64,000 nt of DNA. It comes from Amoebophrya sp. A120. Taxonomy: Eukaryota > Protista > Dinoflagellata. The position numbers were made by a program, and so were the translations under genes. Where the stretch lies: NCBI GenBank assembly GCA_905178155.1, contig CAJINV010000010.1, positions 645,851 through 709,850 of the forward strand, read 5' to 3'. Within the stretch, counting starts at the first letter, position 1; each line of letters begins with the position of its first letter. The notes under the pieces are model-generated. The model saw nothing but the letters and a program-made list of their open reading frames with translations, had not been told where the DNA came from and ran no database searches. Positions 10,826 through 24,374 of this stretch are shown one piece after another.

Positions 10826-11268
10826 TCACTACTTCTACTTCTGGTTCTATCGGCGGCTATTTTGGTCAAAGTCAAAAAAAACGAACTAGTCGGTCACTCA
10901 CTCAAGCCTCAATAAGTGTTTCTTTTTCTTTGATTGTCGTGGTTCTGGCTCTCTAAACTTGACTGTTCTGAGTACAACAACTCATAGCAGCACTAAAACA
11001 CGACTCACGACTAAAACAACTACCCACTTCACATTCACTTTTCTCTCTCGCTCGCAATCAATCTCGGTGTCAGCTTCGACAAAAAAAACTCGACTTCTAC
11101 ACTCGACGAAATAAATAGAGAAGACGGAGCCAGCTCCAGAGAGCCGTCCGCGATCAAAGTTGAAACACCCGCCGCCACAAGCCGTGCGCACGAATCATCG
11201 TCATTCTAAAACCAGGATGGAAGGAATCCAAGCCCGGCGAGGAGACATGACCCTCAGGGACTCTTTGA

Positions 11269-12621
11269 TTACGGTCTTGCAGCAGCAGCTCCTTCTTGTT
11301 CATCTTTTACGAATTTTTCCTCTTGCACCAGCAACATGAGAGGCGCTAATGCTACACCATTCAAACGATAATTCTTCAACTGCGGGCTATTCAGATTCTC
11401 AACCGTCCACATCGCAAGATCGTCCGTTCTCAAACTCTTGGGTGGCGCGATAGCTACATCATGATCCACAGTTCTCCTCGTGGCGAATGCTTTTTCGTCC
11501 ACCATGAGTACTACATCCGCTTGATGCTGTTCCAGACGAGCAGCTGCAGGACCTGTGATAGAGGTGACGGTGAGGCGTGGTTTAATGCGGCTCTTTCCAC
11601 CTTCAGTCTCGTCGTGGGACGGTGCAAGAACAAACGGGCACGATGGTAGTTGTACATCAGGAGCTCGTGGGCTGTCTTGCTCTCGCCGTAATAATATTCC
11701 GATCACAGTGCATGAAATGAACTCGTCATTTTCATCGTTGGAAGTAGCCACAGATAAATTTTTGATCTGCTCGTCGATCAACTGCGCGTACTCTTCTACA
11801 ATGCGCTCAAACGCACTAGAGCCACGAACGGATATTCTTGTTCCCGCGGCTGTGTGATCCACTACCTGTGCGCCTCTAGCTTTCATCACCGTAGAAGGCA
11901 AACTTACACTTGTACTTGTAGTCACGAAAACCTGCACCCAGAGCCGGGTCACGTCGAAGCGGCGCAGCAGGGCGAGGACTTTTGCCAGCGGCTTCAATGA
12001 TTTCAGTTTGGTTACCGTGGTAGAACAGGAGCTGCAATCGGATAGTGCAGTGTCTTGATCTTCATGTTGCTCTACAGAAGTACTTCCGGAGCCGCGCAGA
12101 GTAATTCCATGTGTTGCGCTCCTTTGCAGGGGAGAAGCGAATTGTGGAGGTGTTCCCTGCTGTCCTTCGCGACCACCATTTCCATGCCACCGCTCCACCT
12201 CGTCTGCATCTGTTAAGACGGCAGCTGCAGTTCCCACGACCTCTTGTGCTTCTGAGAAAGTTCTTGCAAGAGCACTGCATGCTCCATCGTCCTCGTCTCC
12301 ATCCGTCGACTCCGCAAAAAAATCACTGTCATCAAGTTGCTCGTGAAAAACCAGCAAGCAGTAGTCGCTTCCTCGAAGCGTTTTCTCCAGCTGCTTGTCA
12401 ACATGGTTTATTTCTACTCTGCTTCTACTGCTGCCCCCCGGCGCGGCCAATCGCTCAGACAAAAGCGTCCGCACTTCCGCAATCTGGTCGCTAGTAGCCT
12501 CGGCTGCGCGGAGCTGCAATGCGGAGAGGTAGTGCTCTTGATCCAGCACCCATGTGGTGGTGGTGGTGGTCGACAACCTCCTCGTTCCTCCGAGAAGTGA
12601 CGGTAGGCTGAGCACAGCCAC
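11269..12621 (-). CDS. Hypothetical protein (~450 aa)
   Basis: Long ORF with no recognised domain. Confidence 0.6.
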   Translation of the reverse strand: MAVLSLPSLLGGTRRLSTTTTTTWVLDQEHYLSALQLRAAEATSDQIAEVRTLLSERLAAPGGSSRSRVEINHVDKQLEKTLRGSDYCLLVFHEQLDDSDFFAESTDGDEDDGACSALARTFSEAQEVVGTAAAVLTDADEVERWHGNGGREGQQGTPPQFASPLQRSATHGITLRGSGSTSVEQHEDQDTALSDCSSCSTTVTKLKSLKPLAKVLALLRRFDVTRLWVQVFVTTSTSVSLPSTVMKARGAQVVDHTAAGTRISVRGSSAFERIVEEYAQLIDEQIKNLSVATSNDENDEFISCTVIGILLRREQDSPRAPDVQLPSCPFVLAPSHDETEGGKSRIKPRLTVTSITGPAAARLEQHQADVVLMVDEKAFATRRTVDHDVAIAPPKSLRTDDLAMWTVENLNSPQLKNYRLNGVALAPLMLLVQEEKFVKDEQEGAAAARP

Positions 12622-13079
12622 GGTCGGTCGGCCATCGTGCCGCGAGATGAACTCGCGGTAGCTGCGGATTGACCAGGACGACGTCAGCGTGCCGAGGGTT
12701 TTGTTGTTGTAATGCGGTCAAAACTGCATTCAGCAATAAGCAAACAACGTATGTGAAGTTCATATGCGACTTCGTTTTCCTCCATCGTGACCTCAAGAAA
12801 AAAAAACTCCCTCGGACGTCAACAACATCTAATCTTTTCAGATCTGCGAGAACAACACCGAATGTACCACGACTTGGAGAAATATACCAATTTGCAACTG
12901 GTACTGACCAGCCGCGTTTCTCTTGAAACGCTTCGCCGACTTGTTCCACAGAAGATTGATACTTGCAACAAAAACCCTGTTGACCATCGAAACACACATC
13001 GTGATAGCTTTTCTACGATATGTCATGCCAGCACACAGGGAACGTTGGAAGATGTCTAAGACTCTATCCAGATTCTTCG

Positions 13080-13829
13080 TCATCTCAAAAAACTTCCAAT
13101 TGAAGTTCTATTTTCGCCTCCTCCAAATTCCTCCAGCATCGAGGCGGCACTATTACTATCCTCAACGGGCCGGATGACCACGTCTTCCTCGATAAATTCC
13201 CGCAAATCCCGCTGTTGCGCAAACCGCTCCAGTTTCGCGGCTTGCGTCGTCACTTTCAGATTTTTCAAAATTGAATTCTCCGCGTTGTTCAGGTTCATTA
13301 AATGGAGGAGCTGTCCCTGCAGCTCCTGTCTCGCCGTGGCTTTCAAATCCTCCATGCGGTTGACAATCCCCTCGACCGCGTTGATCTCCGGTAAAGAATT
13401 TGCAAAATCCGGCTGCGCGTTCACGTCGGCGGGTAAATCAGGCAGGGGTTTGTGGTGTTCTGTGGAGATGATGTCAGCTCCGTTACTAGAACCACCTGCT
13501 GTCCTCTTGCCTTCGTGCAGCCCTACCTCCTGGCCTGTTGCCTGTGGTTCCCCGAGCGGCTGGAAGGTGACGGCTTGATTACCACCTACAACTTGTTGAC
13601 CCGGTAAAATTTTTGAGCTGTTCCCTGCGGTTCTTGAAGGAGCACCTCCTGTCCAGTCCAGCATCGTCCCTGGTCGCAACGGTTGCTTGCAGTCGTGATT
13701 CCCGGCAATGTGAAACGCCTTGTCATCCTGTTTGAAAAGGAGATTCTTGATGGTGTGTTGGAAAGCACCCGCTGTTTCCTCGTGTGATTGCAGAAAAGAG
13801 GAGAAGAGGTGCTGACAGACGGACGGCAT
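13080..13829 (-). CDS. Hypothetical protein with a coiled-coil-like C-terminal half; may have further exons
   Basis: 249-aa ORF with a good ATG context. Confidence 0.55.
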   Translation of the reverse strand: MPSVCQHLFSSFLQSHEETAGAFQHTIKNLLFKQDDKAFHIAGNHDCKQPLRPGTMLDWTGGAPSRTAGNSSKILPGQQVVGGNQAVTFQPLGEPQATGQEVGLHEGKRTAGGSSNGADIISTEHHKPLPDLPADVNAQPDFANSLPEINAVEGIVNRMEDLKATARQELQGQLLHLMNLNNAENSILKNLKVTTQAAKLERFAQQRDLREFIEEDVVIRPVEDSNSAASMLEEFGGGENRTSIGSFLR

Positions 13830-14492
13830 TTTTGTTGTCCTCTTTCAACTTGAAGTACTTGTAGTAAATCTGCAATGAAAAACGGAAACGAACTTTTTGT
13901 TTTTCCTGCTTTGTTCGTGAAATTTTCCATCGACTAGGCGTTTTGCTCCACTCTTGCCAAAACGAACTGAAAAACGCGACACTGTTCCAAGCCTGTGAAA
14001 ACTAGTTCCCGTCAAACTATGTTCGGTTTCTTCACATCGATTGACTCTACAACCGAGTCGAAAACGACCGCGACTCGAGTTGTTGTCGTGCTAAAAATGA
14101 TCAAACACGGGAAATAAATAAGCACTGCATCGACGAGAAAGTCAGAACTAAATCACGACTTCGATTTCTCAACGACTGGCGAAACAAGAAGGAGATGGCT
14201 CACATCGAAGATTTTGTGTTGTTGCAGGAAAGCAACGAGCGACTGCAGCAGAGCGAACAACAGTATTTACCACGCGGTCGATTGTTGTGTCGAAAGAAAG
14301 CTATCGTGGCATTACTGCCTCCCGCGGGAAAGTCAGGTTTTTCGATGGCGGTTCGGGTTCTTCATCTTCATCTTCGCTGGGTATCAAAAACCGCGGTCAA
14401 GTAGATACCACGGCCGGAGCCGGGGGACGGGGATTCAATTCTAATTCATTGTTTTGCATGCGAGGCTCTAGGAGAATGATTGTCGCAGTATT

Positions 14493-16267
14493 TTATGCGA
14501 TCTCCACAACCCCACCCACCGCTTTAAACTTTTCAATCAGCGCGTCTGCATCTTCTGGTGGAACGCCCTTTTTCAGTACCTGATTATACAATTTGTAAGT
14601 ATCCGTGATCTACCATGTCAATGAGCTCCCTAGTGGATTTTCATGCAAAAACAAAACCTGATTTCATCGTAGTATTTGAGTACCAATGCAAACCGCATGT
14701 AGTTTATCCTGAAAGACATCAACAGAAAAATATTAAGTATGTATACCTTCGGACACCCCTCCACCAATTCCTTCGACTGTGCCAAGCCCAGTGCCGTCAA
14801 TGCCCGGACCTCTTTGATGACCGAAATTTTTTTCGGCTGGTCAAACGAAATCAACTTCAGCGTTACCGGCCCGGCTTTCTTCTTCGGCTCTTCTTTCTCG
14901 GGTTCCGCAGCGGCTTCCGCTCCTCCCGATTCGGAAGCGCCCCCCGCCGGTTGGATTTGCGGCTGCTGCTGCGCTGGTTGCTGGGGTTGCGGTATCATAC
15001 CTTCAAATTGATAAGCAAACTTTTGCAAAAACATTAATCTCTCTTCGCTTCACACGATGTTGCTAAAATAATCAATATATCCGCATCAGTTGTTGATTCT
15101 AGACGCAGACAGCACCGAAACCTGCATCTTGAAGTCGAATTTTGCTCATTTGCGTGAAGGCTGCAAAAGTTGGACCTTCGGACAGCCTCGCAATTATGTT
15201 ATTTTCGAAACTTCTTATTTAAACAAACACTAACCCTATTGAACTGCTCCTGATATGAAATTGCATCGCATCAACCTCGTGAGTTCACTTTGCCTTTCCC
15301 GCCCTAAAAATCAGGACAAGCGTGAACGCTAATGGTCATCGCCTGATGAACTTCATATTTTTTTTTGCAGAAGTCCCCACTTCCAAAATCAAAAAATTAC
15401 TCAAATACCACCCTGCTGTGGCATCATCATTCCCGAGCCAAACATTGCCATCGGATGCGGGATATCCTCTGCAAAAGTATCGCACTCGTATAAATGCAAG
15501 TCTTGCATTACAAATCTTTTTATTAAGGCAAATCCGCATGACAAATTTCATTTCTCATGCTAAGGAGATTTGTAATGCACTTTATACTAGTACGATACTT
15601 TTGCACAGGATACGGAAACGGCATTCTGCCCGGTATGGGACTTCCGTCTCCGGGCGTGAGTCGCTCTTGACAAATATCGCACAAGTCCGCCGCCTCAATC
15701 AAGGTAAGCGACATGATCTGATCGGCCAGGTTTAAAACCCGGTCGGAAGGCTTGCGTTTCAGCTTGTTGCCTTTGGTTTCGTCCGAGCTCGTGCCGTCTT
15801 TCAGCTTGGCGAAAATCTGGTCGAGGTGTTGTAGTTGCGGCTTTTTTTCTAATCCGTGGACGTGGATGACCATGATGCGATGTTTTTTCATTGTTCCAAA
15901 CGCCATTTCACATGGATACTTTTTCAACAAAACCTGAACAGCGAAAAGGAAATGGATCTCTGCCTGCATGCATTTTTGTAGAAGCATTCTGTACGTCGAA
16001 CGACGAAGACGCCGCCGCTGAAGCACCGGAGAAGCATCGCAGACTTGCAAGATTCGTTGTTCGTATCCCGGTAGCTCTTGAAGACGCGGCGCTGGCGGGT
16101 GTTGCAATAAAACTTCTTGAACAAGTTCCACTTGCGCTTCTTCCCATGACAGTGACAGACGATGACGCCGCCCTCGCAACTTCTCCGACCTGCAGGCGCG
16201 AAGAGACGGCCGGGGTGGGGGGCCTACAGCTGTTCTTGACGACCGTCTGGGGCACAGAGAAACGCAT
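14493..16267 (-). CDS. MRPL12: Mitochondrial-type ribosomal protein L7/L12, multi-exon
   Basis: LADQIMSLTLIEAADL, KKISVIKEVRALTALGLAQSKELVEGCPK and last exon VLKKGVPPEDADALIEKFKAVGGVVEIA*. R/S/A-rich presequence. Has canonical introns plus one TIR element at 15463-15612. Confidence 0.85.
15463..15612. mobile_element. Introner-like element, family D
   Basis: DR cggga/cggaa; excision gives MPFPHPM. Confidence 0.9.
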
Positions 16268-16850
16268 CTTGCTCTTTCGCCCGAAAGACGGATATTAAGT
16301 GCAAAAGTCAAAGCAAATAAACGAAAAACCCAAGAAACACCTTGTAGTTTTGATACGTAGTAGTTCATAGAAACTTCTTGACCAAACGAAACTAGCCAAG
16401 CGATCGCTGGTAAAAAATCACGAATCTGTATCAGAACAAAATCACTGAATCAAAGTGACGAAGCAGGTGCAGGCTAGGCTTCATGAAAGAAGAAGAAGAA
16501 CCAGCAGCAGATAAAAGAAAAGAATTCTTCTTTCTGATAGATAATAATTTGAGTTCGTTTTCAATTTTCTGCGACAGGAGCACTCACTCCTGTGACTGCA
16601 AGCTGCCATGGCAATAAAAAAGCTGAATTCATTTCCAAAAATCCCATGCTGTCTTCTTTGTGCTTCACCCGTCACAATAAATGCCTTCGTTTGGTTTATT
16701 CTTAAAAATTCACTAATACATTTTTTCGGCAGCAGAAAGCATGAGCGCATCTACACTCGCTGCTGCAAAACAGAAAGAATCTGTTGTTCCTCGAGCGGTC
16801 AAATCGTCCCACTACGTGTTGAATCTATCGTGCCTAATACAGATGAAAAA

Positions 16851-19800
16851 TCAATCTTCATCTGTCACCGTCGCACACGACGAAATGTCCATGCGAAAAT
16901 GCTGCACCCCCGGCGCGAGCGTCTTCACGATCGTTTCCTCATCCACACCAGCTGGTGCATCTTCCGATGTGTTCTCCTTCTGCTTGTTCTTCCCTTTGTT
17001 CGCGGACATCAATTCTCCACTGCTTTCTCGACTAGTTCCATGTTATCGCACGAAAAAACTGCTTCACTGTGATGATTTTGCAAGATCTGCATCACAAGTT
17101 TGTTGCACATGACACTGAAAATCTGTCATGCGCGCCTTCCAAGGGAAAACACGCTTGAAAATTCAATGTCTTGCAGGTGTAGCAAGACAAGTAGTTCTGT
17201 GTTCCATTTTCTGCATCACAAGTTCACAGTGAAACAGTTTTTTCTTGCGATACATGTAAAGGCGCGTCTGCTTCCAACGATGAAGTCACACGCTGTCCTC
17301 GCTCCCCACCTGGTACCCCGTGTAGTACTCCACTCGGTCGTGGCACCGTTGTTCTCGCCTCCTCTCCAGACAAAGAACTCGTGCCATGATGAAAATTATC
17401 GGCGTTGTCATCATCTTCTCCTTCGCATCCCTCGTTATACCACTCTGACAGCCGTTTCGTACTACTCGCAACCGCTGACGGGCCGACGACGTGCTGCGTT
17501 TCCTCGCTTATTCCGTTTGCTACAAGTTCGACATGATCCAATTCTACGCACGGCGAGTCCTTATCCTGATCCGACAGTGCGATGGGGGTGACAGGGAGCG
17601 CGATACTCGTTTTCCTTGCTTTCCCGGATTCCTCGGATTCCTGCGTGTACCAGTTTGTGAGCGAGACCCGGGGTTTCGCAGAGGAAGGTCTAGTAGTTGT
17701 GCTTCTATCTCTGCTGGTGGTGTTGCTGCTGGTATTGTTGTTGTTCCCCGGCAAGGCAAGTTTTGAAGCACCGGTAGTGCCGATGTTGGCACTGGTGGGT
17801 TTATTCGGTTTAGTGTTGTTCCATGGTTGAGTGTTGCTGCCACTAGAGCCCGACTGCTGGTTTTGAACGGTGTTCCGACCACTGGTTCTTCCGTAACCAC
17901 TGCTACTCGAACTTGACAGCTTCACCCTCGACGCCGCGGGCGTTTGCAGAAAATTGAAGTTGTTCAACTGTGTGGTTTCTCTTGCGGGGTTGTAGACCAC
18001 AGAAGAGGAGGATGACGTAGATGTGGATGTTGATGCTGCCAAAAGCCCAGACGCAGATGCACCTACAGCTACACCTCCGCCAACAACCACGGAACTCTTG
18101 GAACTCGAAGCAGACGTACAACCCGAAGAAAGAACATTTTGCGAATTCTTTTTGCTTCTGCCCGAGCTCCGCCACTTCGCAAACCGGTCGAACTCGAGAA
18201 GAGCTGCGTCGGGTTGTTGTACTACCGCGGCTGAGGAGGAGGATATTTTGCAACTGCCCCTTCTTTCATCAGCTTTCCCATGATCCGCGCTGCCTGTTTT
18301 TCCTTGTTCTGGATGGTCAGCAACATCACGATTTGTACCATGTGCGCTTTCGTTTGCTCCTTGTTCTCCTTGCTCATCCCTCGTCCCCTCCGTTGGCGTC
18401 GGAGTAGAACAACTCAAGTTGGCATTGGAAGTACTAGAACTCGATTGTCCATACGCCCTCGTCGTCCTTTTCCGTGGTTGTGGTTGTAACGTCAAGTCCT
18501 TCCTTTTTACCGGTCTTAACCGTGATTTGTCATACAATGGATTGATCCACTCCGAGTTTTTCTTCTGGCTCTGTGTGGACGTCCTCGCCTGCCGCGGGTC
18601 TTCGAATAGGGAAGTTATACTGCTAGAAGAACTCCTGCCCTCCTGATGTTCCGACTCTTCTAGATGTCGCAGTTCCCCAAGTGCCCCCGGCGTAGTAGGA
18701 GGACCGCAGGCCGGTCCTGCTTCTCGTGAAGAAGTGGTAGACGACCTTAACTTCACAGAAAGTTTATTCTTGTTTTCATTCGAGCCACTGCTTCCACTTC
18801 CGCCTAACACTGTCGGTGTAGAAGCAGAATTTCTTGCGACCGGCAATGATGAAGCAGATCCCGATCCGCCTCCTGCAACACTAAAATGGTCCGTTTTCGG
18901 CGTGGTCACACAGCTCGAAGCGCAGCTGATCTCTGACGCCGGAGACAACGTCGTATTTCGATTCGAGAGATTTTTGTTCTGCGTCGCAAAGTCAGATGGT
19001 GTAAGAGTCTGCCGCCACGAACTACTGCGGGTGAGGTGTTGCTTGTCTGCTGACGGCGTAGGAGCTAGTGCACTTGAATTTTTGCTCGTGAGAAAACTCT
19101 GATGTTGCTCCGATCGACGACCATTGAAGCTGCGCCGACCCTCTACTCCTTGCTTATCGTCAGAAAGGAGCTCTAACCCCAGTCTTTCTTCCTTGGCTGG
19201 CAAGGCAGTGCGTGGCTCCTCCAGCTCGATGTCAAGTATGGGGTAACTGTCCAGTTGAGAAGCCGCTTCAACTTCATCGCCCGGAATCGGATGGGGCTCC
19301 GGTTGCGATACCCGCTGCTCTTTGGCATACACTTCTTCAAAATCTTCGAGAAGGTTCATCTCCACAATATCCGACGGAAACGCAGCGGACGTGGCGCTGC
19401 TGATAGAAGAACTTTTGATTACACACTTAGAAACTGGAGAGGCCTCGAGACTGGTCGTGTCGATTTCGTCTTCTTCAGCGTCCTCGTCTTCACATCTGTT
19501 TTCTGCACTTGTCAAATGTAAAAGTGTCTGGGTCTGGAAGAGTACAACTTGTCATGTTAAATCTGAATCATACAAAAATCTGTGTTGCATGATTACCAAT
19601 ATATAAAGCTGTTCACTTTTGAGAAGGCCGAGAGGCAGTTTCTCATGCGGAAAAGGCATGGTAAAGATCTCACAGAATCTGTGATGCTAGGGCATGCATC
19701 ACAGACCTCACACTTCATGCAAAACGTGCATGACAAACCTGGCAATCTTCCAGACCCAGACATTTTTACAATCCATAGCACTGCTCTCCTTGTTGCCATT

Positions 19801-21059
19801 TACCCCCTCCACGATTGGTTCCTTCTCTGTCGCTATGCATTGCAAAAGTATCGTACTAGTATAAATTGCATTACAAATTTTATCAGAAAGAAAAGTGGAA
19901 TTTGTAATGCTAATTCAGGTAAAAAGGTAGGTTCGTCATGCAAGATTGCAATTAGTACGAGTACGATACTTTTGCACAGGATAGCCACTTGTGTTGGGGC
20001 AGATAGGACCTCCACCACAGGCTGCTGTGTAGAAGCCACTCCAATATGACCCTCCCCGCCACAGCCACTGCTCGTTGAGGATGAGGATACTGCAGCTCTC
20101 GTCGCGGAGAAAACATCACCCGAGAAGTCCTCTCCATCTGTCGTTTCCCGACCTGCTCCCAGAGCGCCGCACGCACTGCTGCTAGCGGTGGAAGAAGATG
20201 AAAAACAGCTGCTGCGTTTCGCAGTGCAAAGCGACGCATCTCCCTGTAAGACAGCGGCTTTGTCCGCGGGAGTCACCGTCCACGAGTTGCTGCAAGTGTG
20301 GCGTGCATCTGCAGTAGTGCTTGTAGTGGAGTAGGCCCTCGTGTAACTGCTGTCCCGAACTGATACATCGTCGTCGCAGCTGCCTTTCATGGCACTGCTT
20401 GACGCTGTGGTTGTCCCGACCACCGGTGGCAGATACACACTTGTCCGAAACTGCTCCGGTAGTACAGCTGATTCTATACTCCTCCTGCCAGTCGCCATCG
20501 TAGTTCCAGTGCTCTCGAGGTGGGCCCGGTCCTCTTCACAGTGAAACTGAAATGCTGCCGACGAGGAGGAAGAAGTGCTGCTACTGGTTGACCGATGACT
20601 GCTCGAACACGCATCACTCGCAGTTGACACGGAAGACGCGTCGGAATTGCGATAGGTTGCTGCATCAGTGTCTTTGGCAGTATTTCTACTTCCAGAAAAG
20701 GAAGCTTCCTGGACTACACAAGAAGCTCCCCTGCTGCTGCTGCTGCTTTTCGAGCAACTGTCCCTTGTTCCAACTGTCAGATCCAGCAGCGACTCACCAA
20801 CAGAAAGCGAATTGTAAAAGTCGTTTTCTGACAACGTGGTGAGATGGCCCCGGGTTATCGTGCTCCCTGCGTTGTGCGATGCAATTCCGCCGGTTCCACC
20901 TGGAGAAGGAATCACCGTCGTATCGAAGCTGCAATCCTCGCTCTCCCTTCTCCCCCCGACCCCACACACGCGACCGCATCTTCTGCGGAACCTCTGCCAG
21001 AACGAAGGTCGGCTGCGGCTGGAAGTAGCAACGATAGCGCCGGGTGAGCGATCCTCCAT
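16851..21059 (-). CDS. Large Ser-rich disordered hypothetical protein
   Basis: ORFs join in frame across elements 19834-19983, 19510-19777 and 17044-17252; stop at 16851. Confidence 0.7.
17044..17252. mobile_element. Introner-like element, singleton family
   Basis: TIR tatcgcacgaaaaaactgcttcactgtga; DR catgt/catgt. Confidence 0.9.
19510..19777. mobile_element. Introner-like element, family A
   Basis: DR gcact/gcact. Confidence 0.9.
19834..19983. mobile_element. Introner-like element, family D
   Basis: TIR tgcaaaagtatcgtact; diverged DR gtcgc/gccac. Confidence 0.85.
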
Positions 21060-22014
21060 ATTGCGGTTGTCTACTTAGTTGGGGCGCAGTGTGTCGTGAC
21101 ACAACCAAAGCGAAAGAACTCTCAAAAGGTCAAAAGGCTAGAGTATCGTAAACCCAACGTACCTTCACTCCACGATATTACAGAATACGCGATGAAACAA
21201 CGACAACAACGACTCTGTCTTACTTTCGCAAAACGAAAAAAAAGAGAATTTCAGGAGCAAATCGGAATGCAGTTCTGATCGCACGATGTGGCACACGAGG
21301 AAATTAAGATCTCGGCACGGATGAATTGGACCGGTGTATACACAAATGCCTCCGGATAGAATTCAATTGTGACCGGGCGAACACTGTCATTTCGGATAGA
21401 AAAAACTGCTAGGTGTATTACTGCACAGGGTAGCCCGGCGCAAAGTGCATCTTTAAACATATTCGAAATTTTTCCTTTCTCCAACTACCAACGCGATTCC
21501 GGATCTTAAAGTGTTGATATCATCCACCGGCGGTGCAAAACTTTCGTAGTGTACACAGTCTTGTCTTCAAAATCGTTGCGGTCCTTGGATTTGAATGTGT
21601 TGCGCACGGGACAGCGACAGTCACAAGAACGAGAATCAGAAAAAATAAAAAATTGTACGGCCCACAAAACCCATTTACTCCGCAAAACGCGACGTGAAAA
21701 CGCGAATCGCAGAGCGAAGGGCGAACTGCCTGGGGGAAGCTGGAATTACAAAACGCCAAAATCATATCCACAGGCAGCTCTACTTTGTGTTTATCCAAAC
21801 AAGCCGTGTAGTTTCTTGTAGCGACTATTGTGAACACGGTCCGCACAGGTAGAGCTTTCCTTCCCGGAAGAGGAAAAAAGCTCTAGCGGGCCGCGCTGTC
21901 TGAATCGCATAGGAGAATCTCTGATCTTGAACTCTCTGATCTTGAACTACCACAGGATTTTCCCAAGCAGACACCAACATTTCTATACACGAAAAAAGAC
22001 CGCGTCTGCGCATA

Positions 22015-23307
22015 TCAAAATAGCCCACCGAACCAGGTCCCGTCATCGGACCCCTCCGGCTGCTCGTTTGGATTCACCCCCTGTTTCTTCACAGCCACGC
22101 TCCCACTATTGGGCTTGCTTTCCAGCTCCATTCCTATCTCCCCCTCGATCTCATCTATGAGACTTTCAGCCTTGCTTTCCCGGGCTCGCTCCCTCATCGC
22201 GAAGAACGAACTACCTCGCAATGGCGGGATCTTGGCGTGCCCCTGCTTCCCAATCGCGCCGGTGTGGAAGCTTTGCATTTGTTGAGCTGAGATATTAGCA
22301 GCAGTCGAGGCGGTAGTGGACGACGGCGGTCTCCTGTTCATCGCGTTAGAGTTTGTTCCTCGTCTACGTATCAACTGTAAAAATGTCTGGGTCTGGAAGA
22401 ATCCAACTTGTCATGCTGATTTTGGATTCTAAAAAAATCTGTATTGCATGAGCAGCAAAGAGAGTCCAGGTTTTGCTACACGGAAAGAGCATTTGTCATG
22501 CGGTGTAGGCATCAGGAAGGCCTCACAAAATCTGTGATGCTAGGGCATGCATCACAGCCATCAGGAGTCATGCAAAATGTGCATGACAAACCTCGCAATC
22601 TTCCAGACCCAGACATTTTTACATTTGATACTACGGCTATTTCTATCAGTGCTCCGTCTACTCTTCCGCCCAATCGCCACGCCCAAGGACTCTTCGGCTA
22701 GTTTCAGGCTGCTGCGGGCTTTCGCGAAATCCCTTTCGTAGTCGATAATATCTTCTTCGGAAGATGAAATCTGCTTTGTCAGTTTGGCGCGGTCGTTTTG
22801 CAGTTGTTCCTGCTGCTGGTGGTACACTAGGGCAGAAGTATCTTTACCCTTACTACCCAAGAAACCACGGTCCTCGTCTCCGCGAATGGAAGATGATCTT
22901 CTGTTAATCGATATCGACCCGCCGTTCAGACTATACCCACCTACTGAGCTGCGAAACGGCCCGCGGCCGCTGTTGTCTTTCCTCTTTCCCTTGGAACTAG
23001 CAGTGGTGGCTTTAGGTGACTTTTTCTTCCTTTCTTGTTCTCCTGTCGCCTCACTAGGTCTATCTTGCAGGTACTTTTCGACATTTTCGTATCTTTCTGG
23101 AAACAACACTCTATGCGTTTTCCGAATCACCGACGCAGCTGGGTGGGGGTGGAGGTCTTCTAAGTTATTTTCGTGAATATCGTAATTTTTATCCCGGTCG
23201 TCGTGGAGTAGAGTGGAGGCTTTGGAGACGGAGGGGGAATTCGATTTCGCCCGCGCTTTCTCGTTTTCCTTCTCTTTATCCATGTAATCCCTTATTTCAT
23301 CCAGCAT
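22015..23307 (-). CDS. Hypothetical charged/coiled-coil protein
   Basis: ORFs 22561-23307 and 22015-22374 join in frame after removing 22369-22630 plus the ctacg DR. Confidence 0.6.
22369..22630. mobile_element. Introner-like element, family A
   Basis: DR ctacg/ctacg. Confidence 0.9.
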
Positions 23308-23352
23308 CTTGGCGGAACGCTCGCCTGTTTTTTAGTAGATGGATCTGCATTC

Positions 23353-23918
23353 TGTCCGCAAGAAAAAGGATAAGAGCTAGAGTATCAAGGAATGAACCCT
23401 GCTCCCCGTTACACTTGCGTCCTCTATTTTAGGTCTTGTTGTAGCCGTATGAAGCTACGAAAGGGAAACTTGTCATCGGATATGCTCAAGACCGCATAAT
23501 TACTTATGCCTTTTGGTAGAATGGCGAACATTCAATTCTCAGGCGCGACGCAGCTGCACGAGAACGATCATTGCCACACTGTCTGTACACAAAGATACTT
23601 TATTCACATCAATGCCAGGCAAAAGCAGAAGCAGGCGCGAAGTTCAGTGGGAATGGTGTAATATTATGCTTTGTCCGCAAGAAAAAGGATAAGAGCTAGA
23701 GTATCAAGAAATAAACTCTGCTCCCCGTTACACTTGCGTCCTCTATTTTAGGTCTTGTTGTAGCCGTATGAAGCTACGAAAGAGAAACTTGTCATCGGAT
23801 ATGCTCAAGACCGCACAATGCGTTCTAGTGTATCGCCGAACGTTCAATTCTCAGGCGCTAAGCCGCTGCACGACGAGAATCTGCGCTCATTGCCAGCCTG
23901 TATGCACCAGAGATACTT
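23353..23918. repeat. Imperfect ~250-bp direct duplication (period ~319 bp)
   Basis: tgtccgcaagaaaaaggataagagctagagtatcaag... at 23353 and 23672. Confidence 0.85.
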
Positions 23919-24374
23919 TCCAATATGGAGCTGTGCCGACTGTTTTCAGAGTCTGAAAGTAACACACCATGAGATTCACGGCGGTGCTACCCGCGTGACC
24001 CGAAGCTTTTTCTGCGTCCCAATGTAGCCGGCTAGCATAAAAAAGAATAACTGCAGAGCCGGATATGCTGGAGACAGTAGGTCTTTTAGTACGCATGCCC
24101 AGAGAGAACTCCCATGCGGAGATAGATCTCGTACTGTTACAGAGAGCAAAAATTGAATTCAAAGAGAATTGTCCCTTGCTTTGGATACTCGCTTGCATAT
24201 GAAGGAAAAAACGCAAGCGAATTCGAGAGGCGAGAGTTCGGATTCTTTTTGAGCGATTGGAGATCCCAAGGGTATGAGAAAGAGACTCGTCTCGCGGAAA
24301 CCGCAAGACGAATCCCAAGAAAACCACGTGGGGTACTATGATGCTCGGTTTTAGAACCTCTAGGTAGAGATTTT